From the NCBI GenBank assembly GCA_038045445.1, contig JBBSYC010000008.1, positions 870-64,869 on the forward strand: a DNA stretch of 64,000 bases, given 5' to 3'. Each line of letters opens with the position of its first letter. The first letter of the stretch is position 1. This stretch comes from Nanobdellota archaeon. Lineage in GTDB: Archaea > Nanobdellota > Nanobdellia > Pacearchaeales > GW2011-AR1. The notes beneath the pieces are model-generated. The model saw only the letters and a program-made list of their open reading frames with translations. It was not told the origin of the DNA and made no database searches. The position numbers and the translations under genes are program-made. Shown here piece by piece: positions 1-9,919 of this stretch.

Positions 1-216
1 TGGTATTCTGGAATTATCAAATCTACCCCAATTGTTGGAATATTTGGCTTTATTCTGGCATTCCCCTATAAAAAAGGAGCAGAATTATTCCCAATTTATC
101 TTTTACTAGTTCCGATACTTCACGGGAATTATATGATGGGTTTTTGGGAAGGATTTCTAAAGGGAAGGCAAGAGATAGACATATTTAGAAAACAATAAAT
201 TTATTAACGAAGACTT

Positions 217-1035
217 TTGACATTTTTGATGAACATATCCGTTGTAATCCCTGTATTTAAGCCAGACAAGATTATTTTTGATAAAATAAGAGCTAAGCTT
301 AAAGAACAAAAATACCTTGGAAAAATTGAGACAATTATTATTGAAAAAGGATCTGGACTTTCTACGCATATTAATCTTGGAATAAAAAAATCAAAATATG
401 ATATTGTTGTTGTCCTTCATCAAGACTGTATTCCTACCTCGAGTAAATGGCTTAAGCTTCTCGTTGCTCCATTTGAAGATAAAAATGTTGTTGCTTCTGT
501 ATCAAGGGTTGAATATCCTGAAGAGCTATGGAATAAACTAAATTATATTGTAAAGGGTTTGATGGTAAAAGAGAAGGGCGTTATAACTTCTTCACTTGAT
601 GGTAAGGCAGTAGCATATCGTAAAAGCTCACTTAATAATATTGGGATGTATGATGAAAATAGTTTTAAGACGGCTGGAGAGGATTATGATTTATATATTA
701 AGTTAAAAAAGATTGGGAAGATTGCATATCCTGATGCATCCGTTTATCATTATCACCCTACGGGATTCGCACAAAGAATTAGAAAGGTCTACCAATACTC
801 TAATGGTTATGGTGCGCTTACTAGAATACATTGGACAAACATGATTTTATGGTATGTTGGAATTATTAAGGCGGTACCATTTTTTGGTTTAATTACTTAT
901 CCATTAAGTTATCCTTGGAAGAAAGGAGGATTGGCTATTTTTCCAGCATATCTTGCATCTTCATTAATAGATCATTTATATTATATCTTTGGATTTTGGA
1001 AAGGTTTTATAGATGGAAAACAAACAGTGAGGTAA
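217..1035 (+). CDS. glycosyltransferase family 2
   Basis: 272-aa ORF with GT-A N-terminus (VVIPVFKP...IIIEKGSG) and an acidic DxD-like region (YDENSFKTAGEDYDLY). Family recognised by eye. Confidence 0.7.
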   Translation: MTFLMNISVVIPVFKPDKIIFDKIRAKLKEQKYLGKIETIIIEKGSGLSTHINLGIKKSKYDIVVVLHQDCIPTSSKWLKLLVAPFEDKNVVASVSRVEYPEELWNKLNYIVKGLMVKEKGVITSSLDGKAVAYRKSSLNNIGMYDENSFKTAGEDYDLYIKLKKIGKIAYPDASVYHYHPTGFAQRIRKVYQYSNGYGALTRIHWTNMILWYVGIIKAVPFFGLITYPLSYPWKKGGLAIFPAYLASSLIDHLYYIFGFWKGFIDGKQTVR

Positions 1036-1037
1036 AT

Positions 1038-1556
1038 ATGAAAAAACTACATCTTGGTTGCGGAAAAAATATCAGAATGGGGTATGTTAATCTTGATTTG
1101 ATTAATCTTAAAGGAGTCGATGTGGTCCACAATCTTAACATTTATCCTTGGCCTTTTAAAAAAAATGAATTTGATTATGTCTTCACATCTCACGTACTCG
1201 AACATTTAGATGGAATAATTAAACCAATGGAAGAAATATGGAGAATAACAAAAAATAAGACTATTATTTCAATAGAAGTTCCTATATTTCCAAGCATTGG
1301 AGCTATGGCAGACCCAACACATAAACAATTTTATACATTTAGGACTTTTGACTACTTTAGACCCGTAGATTCTTTGAATTATTACTCTAAAGCAAGATTC
1401 AATGTTCTATCTAAGAGAATATTATTTTCAAGACCCCTATTCTTTTTTGGTTGGTTCTTTAATTTAAGCCCTAGTATGCAGAGATTTTATATTAATTTTC
1501 TTTCTTTCTTGATTCCCGCATTTGCACTAAAAATTGAACTGGAGACTATTAAATGA
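1038..1556 (+). CDS. class I SAM-dependent methyltransferase (Methyltransf_11/23-like)
   Basis: ATG at 1038 three nt after the stop of the upstream GT2. The product begins MKKLHLGCGKN... and carries an acidic motif (FDYVFTSHVLEHL). The ORF-track N-terminal extension from 915 overlaps the GT2 and was trimmed. Confidence 0.65.
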   Translation: MKKLHLGCGKNIRMGYVNLDLINLKGVDVVHNLNIYPWPFKKNEFDYVFTSHVLEHLDGIIKPMEEIWRITKNKTIISIEVPIFPSIGAMADPTHKQFYTFRTFDYFRPVDSLNYYSKARFNVLSKRILFSRPLFFFGWFFNLSPSMQRFYINFLSFLIPAFALKIELETIK

Positions 1557-2524
1557 GCTATTCTATTAAAGACATTAGCGTGATTATTGCAACCTATAAT
1601 AGGGCTAAAGACCTCAATAAAGCTATTGAATCATTTAAAGATAAAATAAATTCGATAGGAGAATTAATAATAGTTGATCAAAGCACTGATGACTCCACTA
1701 AAAAAGTTGTGAAAAGTTTTAGAAGTAAAAAAATAAGATACTATCATTCCAACAAACCCTCCCTTACTGCTGCACGCAATACTGGTATTGAAAAATTATC
1801 TAAAAATAGCAAGGTTGCCGTTTTTATTGATGATGATGTAACCTTGGATAAAAATTATTTTAATGAAATATTAAATGTATTCAATAAATATCCTAATGCT
1901 AAAGGCGCTGGAGGATACTTTCTTCCAAGAATAAAAATCAATAAATTCGAAAACTTATTAAAAAAATTATTCTTCATAGAACATTATAAAAAAAATAATG
2001 CAAATGTTCATTCTGTATATGGTGCTGTATATCCATCAAAATTAACTAAAATTATTCAAGCTGATTGGATTCCTGGATTTAACATGGCATATAAGACCGA
2101 AATTTTTGCTAAAGAAATATTTGATTCAAAGCTTGTTAAATATGCTCTTGCTGAGGATTTTGATTTTAGCACAAGAGTCAATAAAAGATGGATAAATTCA
2201 TTATATATCACACCTCACGCAAAAATTATTCATCATGTTTCTAATATTGAAAGAACACCGACTGTTAAACTATCATATATGAACCAAATAAATCATATCT
2301 ACATACACTTCAAGACATTTGATTCTTTTTTTAATAACCTTATACTTTTATGGACGTTAATGGGAATACTATTTTTACGCACAATCAAATTATTAGCAAG
2401 CAGAAAAATGGTAGAATTAACCAAAACCAAACTTTACTTAAAGTCTTTAACCTATACTTACAATAATTTGCACTTGATAAAAAAAGGCAGACTTGATTTA
2501 GTTTATAGGTCTTTGTTTAACTGA
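1553..2524 (+). CDS. glycosyltransferase family 2
   Basis: 323-aa product. ISVIIATYNRAKDL...IIVDQSTDDS is a typical GT2 motif set. ATGA overlap with the upstream gene. Confidence 0.7.
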   Translation: MSYSIKDISVIIATYNRAKDLNKAIESFKDKINSIGELIIVDQSTDDSTKKVVKSFRSKKIRYYHSNKPSLTAARNTGIEKLSKNSKVAVFIDDDVTLDKNYFNEILNVFNKYPNAKGAGGYFLPRIKINKFENLLKKLFFIEHYKKNNANVHSVYGAVYPSKLTKIIQADWIPGFNMAYKTEIFAKEIFDSKLVKYALAEDFDFSTRVNKRWINSLYITPHAKIIHHVSNIERTPTVKLSYMNQINHIYIHFKTFDSFFNNLILLWTLMGILFLRTIKLLASRKMVELTKTKLYLKSLTYTYNNLHLIKKGRLDLVYRSLFN

Positions 2525-2558
2525 GGCTATTCTTTAAAATGTCTGAATATTTAGATAT

Positions 2559-4091
2559 TTGATGAGAGAGTCTGAATCCAGTGTGTATTTTAACCGCATC
2601 ATAAAAACATCGGCGTTTGTTCTTATTTTAGTCATGCTTTCAAAAGTTTTAGGCTACGCTTATAAAATAATTATTGCAAGGCACTTTAACGCAGAAGTTT
2701 ATGGGCTTTTTTCACTATCTATGATTGTTATAAGCATAGCTGTGTCCTTGGCTTCTGTCGGCTTATTTGAAGGTTTAGTAAGACAGATATCCATCTATAG
2801 AGGCCAGAAAGATGAAAAAGCAATAAAATATCTGGCTCATGCAAGCAAAAACTTCTTTATAATCAGCGGATTTATTCTTTTTGGAATTACTTTCCTTAGT
2901 GCCCCTTGGATTTCTATTAATATTTTTCATGAGCCTCGATTAATAGTCTTTTTGCGGATAATGGCTTTGGCTATTCCCTTTGTGCTTATAACCAATATGT
3001 TTTTATCCATCCTTCGTGCTTATGAAAAAATAAAAACTCAATCAATAATAACAAACATTATACAAAATAGCTCTAAGTTTTTTATTTTGCTACTTTTCAT
3101 TTTTATTGGATTAAATACTGTATCTGTCCCATTATCTTATTTATTTGCATGCCTAGTAATGGCGATAGTATCCTGGTTTTATGCCAGAAAAATATTAAAT
3201 AAAATTAGAAACACTAAAGAAGAAGCAAGACCCTATAGAGAGCTATTAACTAATGTAATGAGTTACTCATGGCCTTTGATGTTTGTAGGAGTGCTTACAA
3301 GCATATTCTATTGGACCGACTCTTTAATCATTGGATATTATATGGGTGTTGGAAACGTTGGAATTTACAATGTGGCCATAACTCTTGTTGCATTCTTAGG
3401 GATTGTTCCGGAATTATTTATTCAGTTACTATTTCCTGTCGCAGCTAGAAATCTCTCCAATAATAAAGATAATCTTGTAAACCCTTTAATAAAACGCGTG
3501 GCTAAATGGATATTGTTTATTAACTCATTAATTGCTATTATTTGCTTCTTTTTCGCTCCTCAAATTATCTCTCTGTTGTTTGGCAATGAATTCGCTAGTG
3601 CAAGTTCTTTGCTTAGAATATTGGCTGTTGGAGCTCTTTTTACCACACTTGCATCATATTTTACCAATCTACTTACTGTCGTAGGCAAAACAAAAACTAT
3701 TTTGGGTAATTTGATAATGGTTGCTACGATTAATGCGTTATTGGATTTAATAGCAATACCGGTCTGGGGAATGGTCGGAGCAGCCATAGCTACAAGTGTC
3801 TCCGGATTTATTTTATTTTTAATCACATTATACCAAATAAAAAAGTTTTATTCAGTTTCTCCTATAAACGAAAAGGCACTTCTAGTCTTGTTTGAAGCAT
3901 TAATTATTTTTCTGATTGCATTTTTATTCCTTAAAGATTATTCTTTTATTATAGGCTCAATAGTAGTCTTGAGTATTATAATCATTTATATTTTTTCTTT
4001 AATTATGATAAGATTCTTTGATTATGAGGATTATTCCCTCTTCAATAAGATAATCAGAAAAATTTTGTTCATTCATTCAAAAAGTATCTAA
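2559..4091 (+). CDS. oligo/polysaccharide flippase (Wzx/MOP-superfamily-like)
   Basis: 510-aa product, hydrophobic throughout with about 12–14 predicted TM segments. Its context in a glycan cluster supports the call. Confidence 0.6.
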   Translation: MMRESESSVYFNRIIKTSAFVLILVMLSKVLGYAYKIIIARHFNAEVYGLFSLSMIVISIAVSLASVGLFEGLVRQISIYRGQKDEKAIKYLAHASKNFFIISGFILFGITFLSAPWISINIFHEPRLIVFLRIMALAIPFVLITNMFLSILRAYEKIKTQSIITNIIQNSSKFFILLLFIFIGLNTVSVPLSYLFACLVMAIVSWFYARKILNKIRNTKEEARPYRELLTNVMSYSWPLMFVGVLTSIFYWTDSLIIGYYMGVGNVGIYNVAITLVAFLGIVPELFIQLLFPVAARNLSNNKDNLVNPLIKRVAKWILFINSLIAIICFFFAPQIISLLFGNEFASASSLLRILAVGALFTTLASYFTNLLTVVGKTKTILGNLIMVATINALLDLIAIPVWGMVGAAIATSVSGFILFLITLYQIKKFYSVSPINEKALLVLFEALIIFLIAFLFLKDYSFIIGSIVVLSIIIIYIFSLIMIRFFDYEDYSLFNKIIRKILFIHSKSI

Positions 4092-4127
4092 TAAATATCT
4101 TTATTAAGTATATATTTTCATAATTTT

Positions 4128-4871
4128 ATGCATAAAAAAAATCTGCTTATTACGGGAGCAAGTGGGAAGCTTGGAAGAGCAATTCTTCTTAAAGGCATTC
4201 CTGATAGAAATATATTGACCCCAAGCCACCAAGAGCTTGATATTACAAACAAGAAGTCTGTTGAAGACTACTTTAATAACCATAATATTGATGAGACCAT
4301 TCATTGTGCGGCTATTGCTAGTGTTCTCAAGTGCGAACAAGACCCTAATAAGGCAATATTAACAAATTCTATAGGCACTGCCCATCTAATAGAAGCTTCT
4401 TCTAAAAAAAATAGCCCAAGATTTATTTATATTTCAACAGACTATGTTTATCCTTGCGAAAACGGACCTTACAAAGAGACCGATAGGACTTCTCCTTTCA
4501 CATTATATGCATTTACCAAACTTGGAGGAGAATTAGTTACGAGATCTCTAAAAAATCATTGTATTATACGCACTAGTTTTTTTGATCCCTCTAATATTCC
4601 TTTTGACACTGCATTTACGGACTCTTATTGCTCCAAGTTGCCGATTTATGAAGTTGCTGAAGCCGTAATCAAATTACTTAAATCCAATTTTGTAGGAGTT
4701 ATTAATGTGGGAGGAGAACGCATAAGTTTATATAATTTGTATAAAAAATACAAGCCTCAAATAAAACCAGATAGTATGTTAAATACAAAAGATCAAATAA
4801 AAAGGGCAAAGGATTCTTCTTTAGATATTACATTGTGGAAAAATTTAAAGGGGAAGTTAAATGGCGATTGA
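4128..4871 (+). CDS. NAD(P)-dependent sugar-nucleotide reductase/epimerase (RmlD-like short form)
   Basis: N-terminal Rossmann motif (LLITGASGKLGRAI) and a YxxxK-like catalytic motif (YAFTK). Confidence 0.55.
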   Translation: MHKKNLLITGASGKLGRAILLKGIPDRNILTPSHQELDITNKKSVEDYFNNHNIDETIHCAAIASVLKCEQDPNKAILTNSIGTAHLIEASSKKNSPRFIYISTDYVYPCENGPYKETDRTSPFTLYAFTKLGGELVTRSLKNHCIIRTSFFDPSNIPFDTAFTDSYCSKLPIYEVAEAVIKLLKSNFVGVINVGGERISLYNLYKKYKPQIKPDSMLNTKDQIKRAKDSSLDITLWKNLKGKLNGD

Positions 4872-5244
4872 AAGAGTTGTTTATCTAGAAAAAGGAGATT
4901 TGAATATGAATTCTAGAAGAAGAGCTAGCACAATAACTGAAGGAAAAGATAACGAGTTTGAAATAAGTGAAGTAAGATTATTGGCGATTGATGAAACTGG
5001 TACCTATGGAGGGCACTATAGAGAGTATCCTGAAGTGTGGGGATTTTTGGGAGAAGCGGAAATAACCTTAGAAGATATAGGCACTAAAGAAAGAAGAAAA
5101 TATAAAGCAGTAGATGGGACGAGGCTATTTATTCCTGCAATGGTTGCTTCTAAAGTTGAGGCTAAGAAAGGAACGTCTATAGTAACCTGTGCACCACATA
5201 GTGCAGATAGGGAGAAACAGACACATAAATATTCTATTGCTTAA
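4861..5244 (+). CDS. cupin, WxcM-C/FdtA-like (putative NDP-sugar 3,4-ketoisomerase)
   Basis: GGHYRE is an RGxHxH-like cupin motif and RLFIPAMVA matches the second cupin motif. The gene is GC-richer than its neighbours. The start may instead be the internal Met at 4906. Confidence 0.4.
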   Translation: MAIERVVYLEKGDLNMNSRRRASTITEGKDNEFEISEVRLLAIDETGTYGGHYREYPEVWGFLGEAEITLEDIGTKERRKYKAVDGTRLFIPAMVASKVEAKKGTSIVTCAPHSADREKQTHKYSIA

Positions 5245-6904
5245 TGAATTTTGCAAAGAATCTTGATATTTTTACAAGGCGTGGATTCTTTGTTCTTTTC
5301 AATGAATTTAAGAATATATATTTCAAAATTTGATGATTAACAAATAAAGAATATATAATAAGTTTGTAGATGAATGAATTTCTAAATAGTTTATTTTGAT
5401 TTTTAAGAACAACAAGATTCAGCTCAAAATGAGGGAATAAGATGTGGTCTGAATTGAAGATTGGGATTTTATTCTTCTTCTTTGTTACAATTAAGGGCAT
5501 TGAAATAAAGAAAGTATCTTTATTGTCTATTGATTTTACTTTATTTTTGTAAAGATAAGCAAACTTTTCAATATTCTCAAGAAAATAGTCCTTTCTAACC
5601 ATTATTTGTGAAATATTGATATTATCATAAACATAAGAGAGATCTTTTTTTGAAAGATAGTTGTAAGCATAATGAAGAGAAAGAGAAGCATAATCTCCTA
5701 TTAATCCTGAACTAAGCATTGAATCACATATTGAAACTGGCTTACCAATCAACTCCATTGAATAAACCTGGAAATAATCTCTATAAGCAAGAATTTTGTG
5801 CCCTTTACTATTAAAACATACATATTTGAATGAAGATACTTTATTTTTTAGGTAATCCAATCCTTTCTCAAAATCTTCTTTGTTCAAATAAATGGGTTTT
5901 TCTTTGAAATATTTTCTGGCCACTGTTCCGTGCAGAGGCCTTTTGTCGTTCTCTATAGCCTTGTAAGCATCTGTCAATAATTTCTGATTTGAATATTTTT
6001 CCACTACTTTTTTATAAGCATTCTCTGCTATCTTTTCCCTTTCTTTATCGTTTTTTAGATAATATTGTATCTTTTCGTACATTTCTTCTTCAGTTTTAAA
6101 AGATGCAAAATCTTTTCCTTCTGTGAATTTTGAGAAATAACCTTCTACATATTCTGTAAGTGCAAATGATTTGCATGCATTAACTGCTAAAGACCTTTCT
6201 AATACATGGGGAACACTGAAGAAGTTTTGAGAGAAACAAAGATTTATTTTTGCCTCGTTTATTATCTTTACAAATTCTTCATCTGGAATCTTGCCGAGAT
6301 ACTGTTTTTTGAACTCGGGATAGTCGTCCCACCCTGCTCCACCTAAAACAAAGTTAACTTTCTTTTTTAAAAGATACCTCATATACTTAAGCCTGTCTCC
6401 TTTTGGAGTTCCAACAAATAATACTTCGTATTTTTTCTTCAAATTCGTTGGCCTAAACTTATTAGTATCCGCTCCAAGTAAATCAAACCAAGGAATATGA
6501 TAAGAGTCGTATTTTTTAGCGAATTGAAGTTGACTTATGAATTGATAGTCTATTGCTGGAGAATAAGGGATTGTATAATTCTCAAACTTTATGTCATCAT
6601 CCCCATTCCAATGAGTTACTTTCACCTTTGGTAATATCTCTTTTATTTTGATAAGGGTTTCTGGATAGAACTCGTCCCAAACTAAAAACAAGTGGATATA
6701 ATCTGGTTTTTCTTTTTTTAATAAATCTAGGAATTTTTGATTCATTATCTTTTTACCGTATTTATACGTCTCTTCCTGAGGGTCAAAATTCACTACTTCT
6801 TTGAAGATTTTCCTTAATGGAATGTGATATGCTTGATTGATTATCCAATAAGGATTATTTATAGACCAACACGCTAGAAGCATTTTCTTATTGATTAAAG
6901 CCAT
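5234..6904 (-). CDS. CgeB-like glycosyltransferase (DUF3880 plus GT1-like domain)
   Basis: 556-aa product; its region ...YEVLFVGTPKGDRLKYMRYLLKK...VNFVLGGAGWDDY... resembles the CgeB/spore-maturation GT family. The stop is TAG. The C-terminal ~100 aa are low complexity. Confidence 0.5.
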   Translation of the reverse strand: MALINKKMLLACWSINNPYWIINQAYHIPLRKIFKEVVNFDPQEETYKYGKKIMNQKFLDLLKKEKPDYIHLFLVWDEFYPETLIKIKEILPKVKVTHWNGDDDIKFENYTIPYSPAIDYQFISQLQFAKKYDSYHIPWFDLLGADTNKFRPTNLKKKYEVLFVGTPKGDRLKYMRYLLKKKVNFVLGGAGWDDYPEFKKQYLGKIPDEEFVKIINEAKINLCFSQNFFSVPHVLERSLAVNACKSFALTEYVEGYFSKFTEGKDFASFKTEEEMYEKIQYYLKNDKEREKIAENAYKKVVEKYSNQKLLTDAYKAIENDKRPLHGTVARKYFKEKPIYLNKEDFEKGLDYLKNKVSSFKYVCFNSKGHKILAYRDYFQVYSMELIGKPVSICDSMLSSGLIGDYASLSLHYAYNYLSKKDLSYVYDNINISQIMVRKDYFLENIEKFAYLYKNKVKSIDNKDTFFISMPLIVTKKKNKIPIFNSDHILFPHFELNLVVLKNQNKLFRNSFIYKLIIYSLFVNHQILKYIFLNSLKRTKNPRLVKISRFFAKFIKQ

Positions 6905-6986
6905 TGTGTCTTGAGAAAAACCTCATTTAAAAATGTTTATTCTGTGCAGTGTTAAAGTTTATAAATCGGCAAAAACCTAAAAAAAG

Positions 6987-8591
6987 ATGATAAGAAACAA
7001 TTGTTTAGTCTGTAACTCAACGGATTTGGTTCAAATAATTGATCTTGGAAGCCATCCTTTCGCAGATACTTTTGTTCCTAAATCTAAAATTTCTGAACCA
7101 GACATGATTTATCCCCTTACATGTGACTTATGTAATAAATGCGGTCAGATACAAACAAAATACGTCACAAATCCATTGGCACGCTATTCAGATATAGAAT
7201 ATTCATATACTTCATCTAACTCTACTTTTTCAAGAAATCACTGGGAAGAATATTCAAAAGAAGTTGCTTCAAAAATATGTCTTAAACCAAGTTCATTAGT
7301 AATTGAAATAGGTTCAAACGATGGATATTTATCAGAGCAATTTGTTAAAGCTGGAAATAGCGCTGTTGGTGTAGACCCCTCTCCTTACATGGCTAAATTG
7401 GCAAAGCAGAGAGGCGTTAATACAATTATCAGCCTTTTTGGAAATGAATCTGCAGATGAGATATTAAATAAATATGAAAAAGCAGACCTTATAATTGCGA
7501 ATAATGTTTTTAATCATTCAGATAACCCTGGAGAATTTGTTAAAGCTGTTGAAAAAGTAATGAATGATAATGCGACATTTGTGTTTGAACAACCTTATTG
7601 GATGGATACTCTTAAAAGTGGAAAGTTTGACCAAATATATCATGAACATGTGAGTTATTTTACTGTACGCTCCCTTAAAGCTCTTCTAGAAACTGCAGAT
7701 TTAGTTATTACATCTGTTGAAGTAGTCAATTATCATGGAGGCTCCCTAAGAATATATTCAAAGAAGAAAGAATACTCAGAAGAATCAGAAACTGCTCAAA
7801 AAATGATTGATGATGAATATCAATATGGGGCATTTGACAAAACTACTTATGAAAAATTCATGAAGAAAAATATAGATCAAAGGAATAAATTTTTGAAAAG
7901 AATTTGTGAAATTAAAGAAGAAGGATACAAAATAATTGCTGTGGGGGCGGCTGCAAAGGGAAATACTTTTCTTAATTTTTACAGACTAGATCATAGTTTA
8001 ATAGACTATGTTACTGATTCTTCTCCCCATAAAAAAGGAAAATATACTCCTGCAACTAGAATTCCTATCGTAGGAGATGAAATTTTTAAAGATTTTGATA
8101 AAGTTTATGCTTTAATTTTATCTTGGAACATAGCAAATCAGCTTAGGGAAATACTTGGAAAAATAAATCCAGATATAAAATATATCTCGCCCGAAGAGAC
8201 TTCAAATGGAATTAAAGATGTGATTTACCAAAAAAGAGGAATAGACCATGAGGATGACAGGAGAGCTATCTTAACAGCTTTTAATGGAGACTTAAATGGT
8301 TTTAAAGCATCGCAAGCAAAGATATATCTCATAAAACAAGAAAAAAACCTTGCAGGATGTTATCATGATTATGACGTAGCTTTTTATATATTGGAGGGAG
8401 AAGTAAAATTTATATTAGAAGACTTAAAAACCAAGGAAAGAAAAGAATATAATTTGGAGAAGACAGATACTTTACTAATTCCTTCTAAAGTAGCTTACCA
8501 TGCTATTGCAAAAGCTGGAACAAAAATGGTTGGATTTACAGAAATGCCTTTTGTATCAAGTGAAAAGAATGATATAAAATACGAATTTTAA
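6987..8591 (+). CDS. NDP-hexose C-methyltransferase (TylC3/NovU-like) fused to a C-terminal FdtA/WxcM-like cupin
   Basis: N-terminal Cys-rich zinc-binding region (CLVCNS...CDLCNKCG). SAM-binding motif (VIEIGSNDGYL). The C-terminal ~120 aa (GCYHDYDVAFYILEGEVKF...LLIPSKVAYHAI...DIKYEF) match the FdtA/WxcM-C cupin pattern. Its paralog at 13793..15037 lacks this extension. Confidence 0.65.
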   Translation: MIRNNCLVCNSTDLVQIIDLGSHPFADTFVPKSKISEPDMIYPLTCDLCNKCGQIQTKYVTNPLARYSDIEYSYTSSNSTFSRNHWEEYSKEVASKICLKPSSLVIEIGSNDGYLSEQFVKAGNSAVGVDPSPYMAKLAKQRGVNTIISLFGNESADEILNKYEKADLIIANNVFNHSDNPGEFVKAVEKVMNDNATFVFEQPYWMDTLKSGKFDQIYHEHVSYFTVRSLKALLETADLVITSVEVVNYHGGSLRIYSKKKEYSEESETAQKMIDDEYQYGAFDKTTYEKFMKKNIDQRNKFLKRICEIKEEGYKIIAVGAAAKGNTFLNFYRLDHSLIDYVTDSSPHKKGKYTPATRIPIVGDEIFKDFDKVYALILSWNIANQLREILGKINPDIKYISPEETSNGIKDVIYQKRGIDHEDDRRAILTAFNGDLNGFKASQAKIYLIKQEKNLAGCYHDYDVAFYILEGEVKFILEDLKTKERKEYNLEKTDTLLIPSKVAYHAIAKAGTKMVGFTEMPFVSSEKNDIKYEF

Positions 8592-9412
8592 GCTGTCTTT
8601 CTAAGCTCCATTAAAATTTCTTGTGCAACCCCAAGGCTTACTGCAGCAATCATGGATTTACTCCCCTCAAATTCGTAAAGATCTTTTCCTATGTCTCTGC
8701 CTTCAAAGTCTAAAATGGTGCCTCCAAGTTCTCTCATAAACAAGTATCCTGCACCTAGTTCATGAGCTTTATTTCTGCCACCAATATATGCAACTCCATG
8801 TTGGGCAACTAACGCAAAAGCTACACCTGAAGAAAGAATATCTCTAGAAACTGTCCTTGCCTCTAAACGGCCTATTGCTGGAAGAAAGTCTGGAGTAGCA
8901 CGAGAAGTTTCATGATGATTTACATATATTGTGCTATTTCTTTCTAATTGCTCTGGAAAATTAGTTGCTAACCTAACTCCATTCTTTAATACTCCTTGAC
9001 CTCTTATTGCCTCAAACAAATCCCCTGTTGTGTGAATAATTATTCCTGCGTATACTGCATCTTCATACCTTGGATTGGGTGTGTCAAAAATGGTTGCTAT
9101 TGAACAATAAGGTAAAATTCCTGCTCCATGCTTTTTGTTAAAAGTTCCGTCTATATCGTCGAAGGCTATTGTTTCTAAGGGATTATCTCCAAATTGAACT
9201 CTTTTAAATTCCTCTGTCCATAAAACTGTAGGCACGCCTCTTTTCTCAACTAAAGATTGAATCTCTCTAGAAATCGCAAGATCTGCTTCCAATACCATAT
9301 CTTTATCTGTTTCAACTTGTCTTTCGCCTTCAACACCTAGATCTTTATTTAATCTGTAAGCACTTTCTAGAAGATTCTTACCAAATGCTCTCAAAGAATC
9401 AGGGGAATTCAT
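8588..9412 (-). CDS. inositol-monophosphatase-family phosphatase (IMPase / 3'(2'),5'-bisphosphate nucleotidase-like)
   Basis: 274-aa product with metal-binding motifs of the IMPase fold (WTEE...DDIDGT...). GC-richer than the surrounding glycosyl genes. Confidence 0.6.
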   Translation of the reverse strand: MNSPDSLRAFGKNLLESAYRLNKDLGVEGERQVETDKDMVLEADLAISREIQSLVEKRGVPTVLWTEEFKRVQFGDNPLETIAFDDIDGTFNKKHGAGILPYCSIATIFDTPNPRYEDAVYAGIIIHTTGDLFEAIRGQGVLKNGVRLATNFPEQLERNSTIYVNHHETSRATPDFLPAIGRLEARTVSRDILSSGVAFALVAQHGVAYIGGRNKAHELGAGYLFMRELGGTILDFEGRDIGKDLYEFEGSKSMIAAVSLGVAQEILMELRKTA

Positions 9413-9862
9413 TTATTGTGGAAGAGACCTGAAAACCTCTAAAAGAATATCCTTATTGTGTGGAACCATATGCAATCCCCATATTTCGCTTCTTTCGTAG
9501 AGAGACATTCCCGCTCCTTCTTTTAATCTTACCTGAGACATCCTGCCGTTATCAAAGTTTGCTGTGTAAACCTCGAGTGCACCTTCTCTTCTTCTTCCAT
9601 CTGACGGTCTAATATCAAAGTAAGGTCTTGATCCAAAATATTTAACACCCTTCAATTCAATACCTAATTCCTCAAAAAGTTCTCTTGTTAAAGTGTCTGC
9701 TCCTCTATCCGATTTTCCTTGTTCTATTTTTCCCCCAAAAAAACACCACATTCCAGGATTCCAAGGATAACCTAAATCTTTTCTTTGTAGAAATACTTTT
9801 TTATCTGAAGTTATTGGAACGACTACTGCAGCTTGATTTCTTTCAACCATAATTTTTACCAT
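9413..9862 (-). CDS. NUDIX hydrolase (candidate GDP-mannose mannosyl hydrolase, Gmm-like)
   Basis: NUDIX box GGKIEQGKSD...TRELFEELGI. It abuts the IMPase gene with no gap and lies next to gmd, as gmm does in bacterial gmd-fcl-gmm clusters. Confidence 0.6.
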   Translation of the reverse strand: MVKIMVERNQAAVVVPITSDKKVFLQRKDLGYPWNPGMWCFFGGKIEQGKSDRGADTLTRELFEELGIELKGVKYFGSRPYFDIRPSDGRRREGALEVYTANFDNGRMSQVRLKEGAGMSLYERSEIWGLHMVPHNKDILLEVFRSLPQ

Positions 9863-9919
9863 TTTTATAACTATTTAAATATTTGTATTTTGTAACTCTA
9901 TAATTAAGACAGAAATAAC

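Noticed and set aside
915-1037. N-terminal 41-aa extension of the methyltransferase ORF, overlapping the GT2 gene
   Set aside because: The extension is in another frame of the upstream GT2 coding sequence. A good ATG at 1038 sits right after the GT2 stop, so the start was trimmed.
8588-9862. Horizontal-transfer call for the GC-richer IMPase and NUDIX genes
   Set aside because: The ribosomal and secD genes in the window have similar GC (~38–40%). The AT-rich glycosyl genes are therefore the more likely atypical fraction. The conclusion was reversed and is stated as a hypothesis only.
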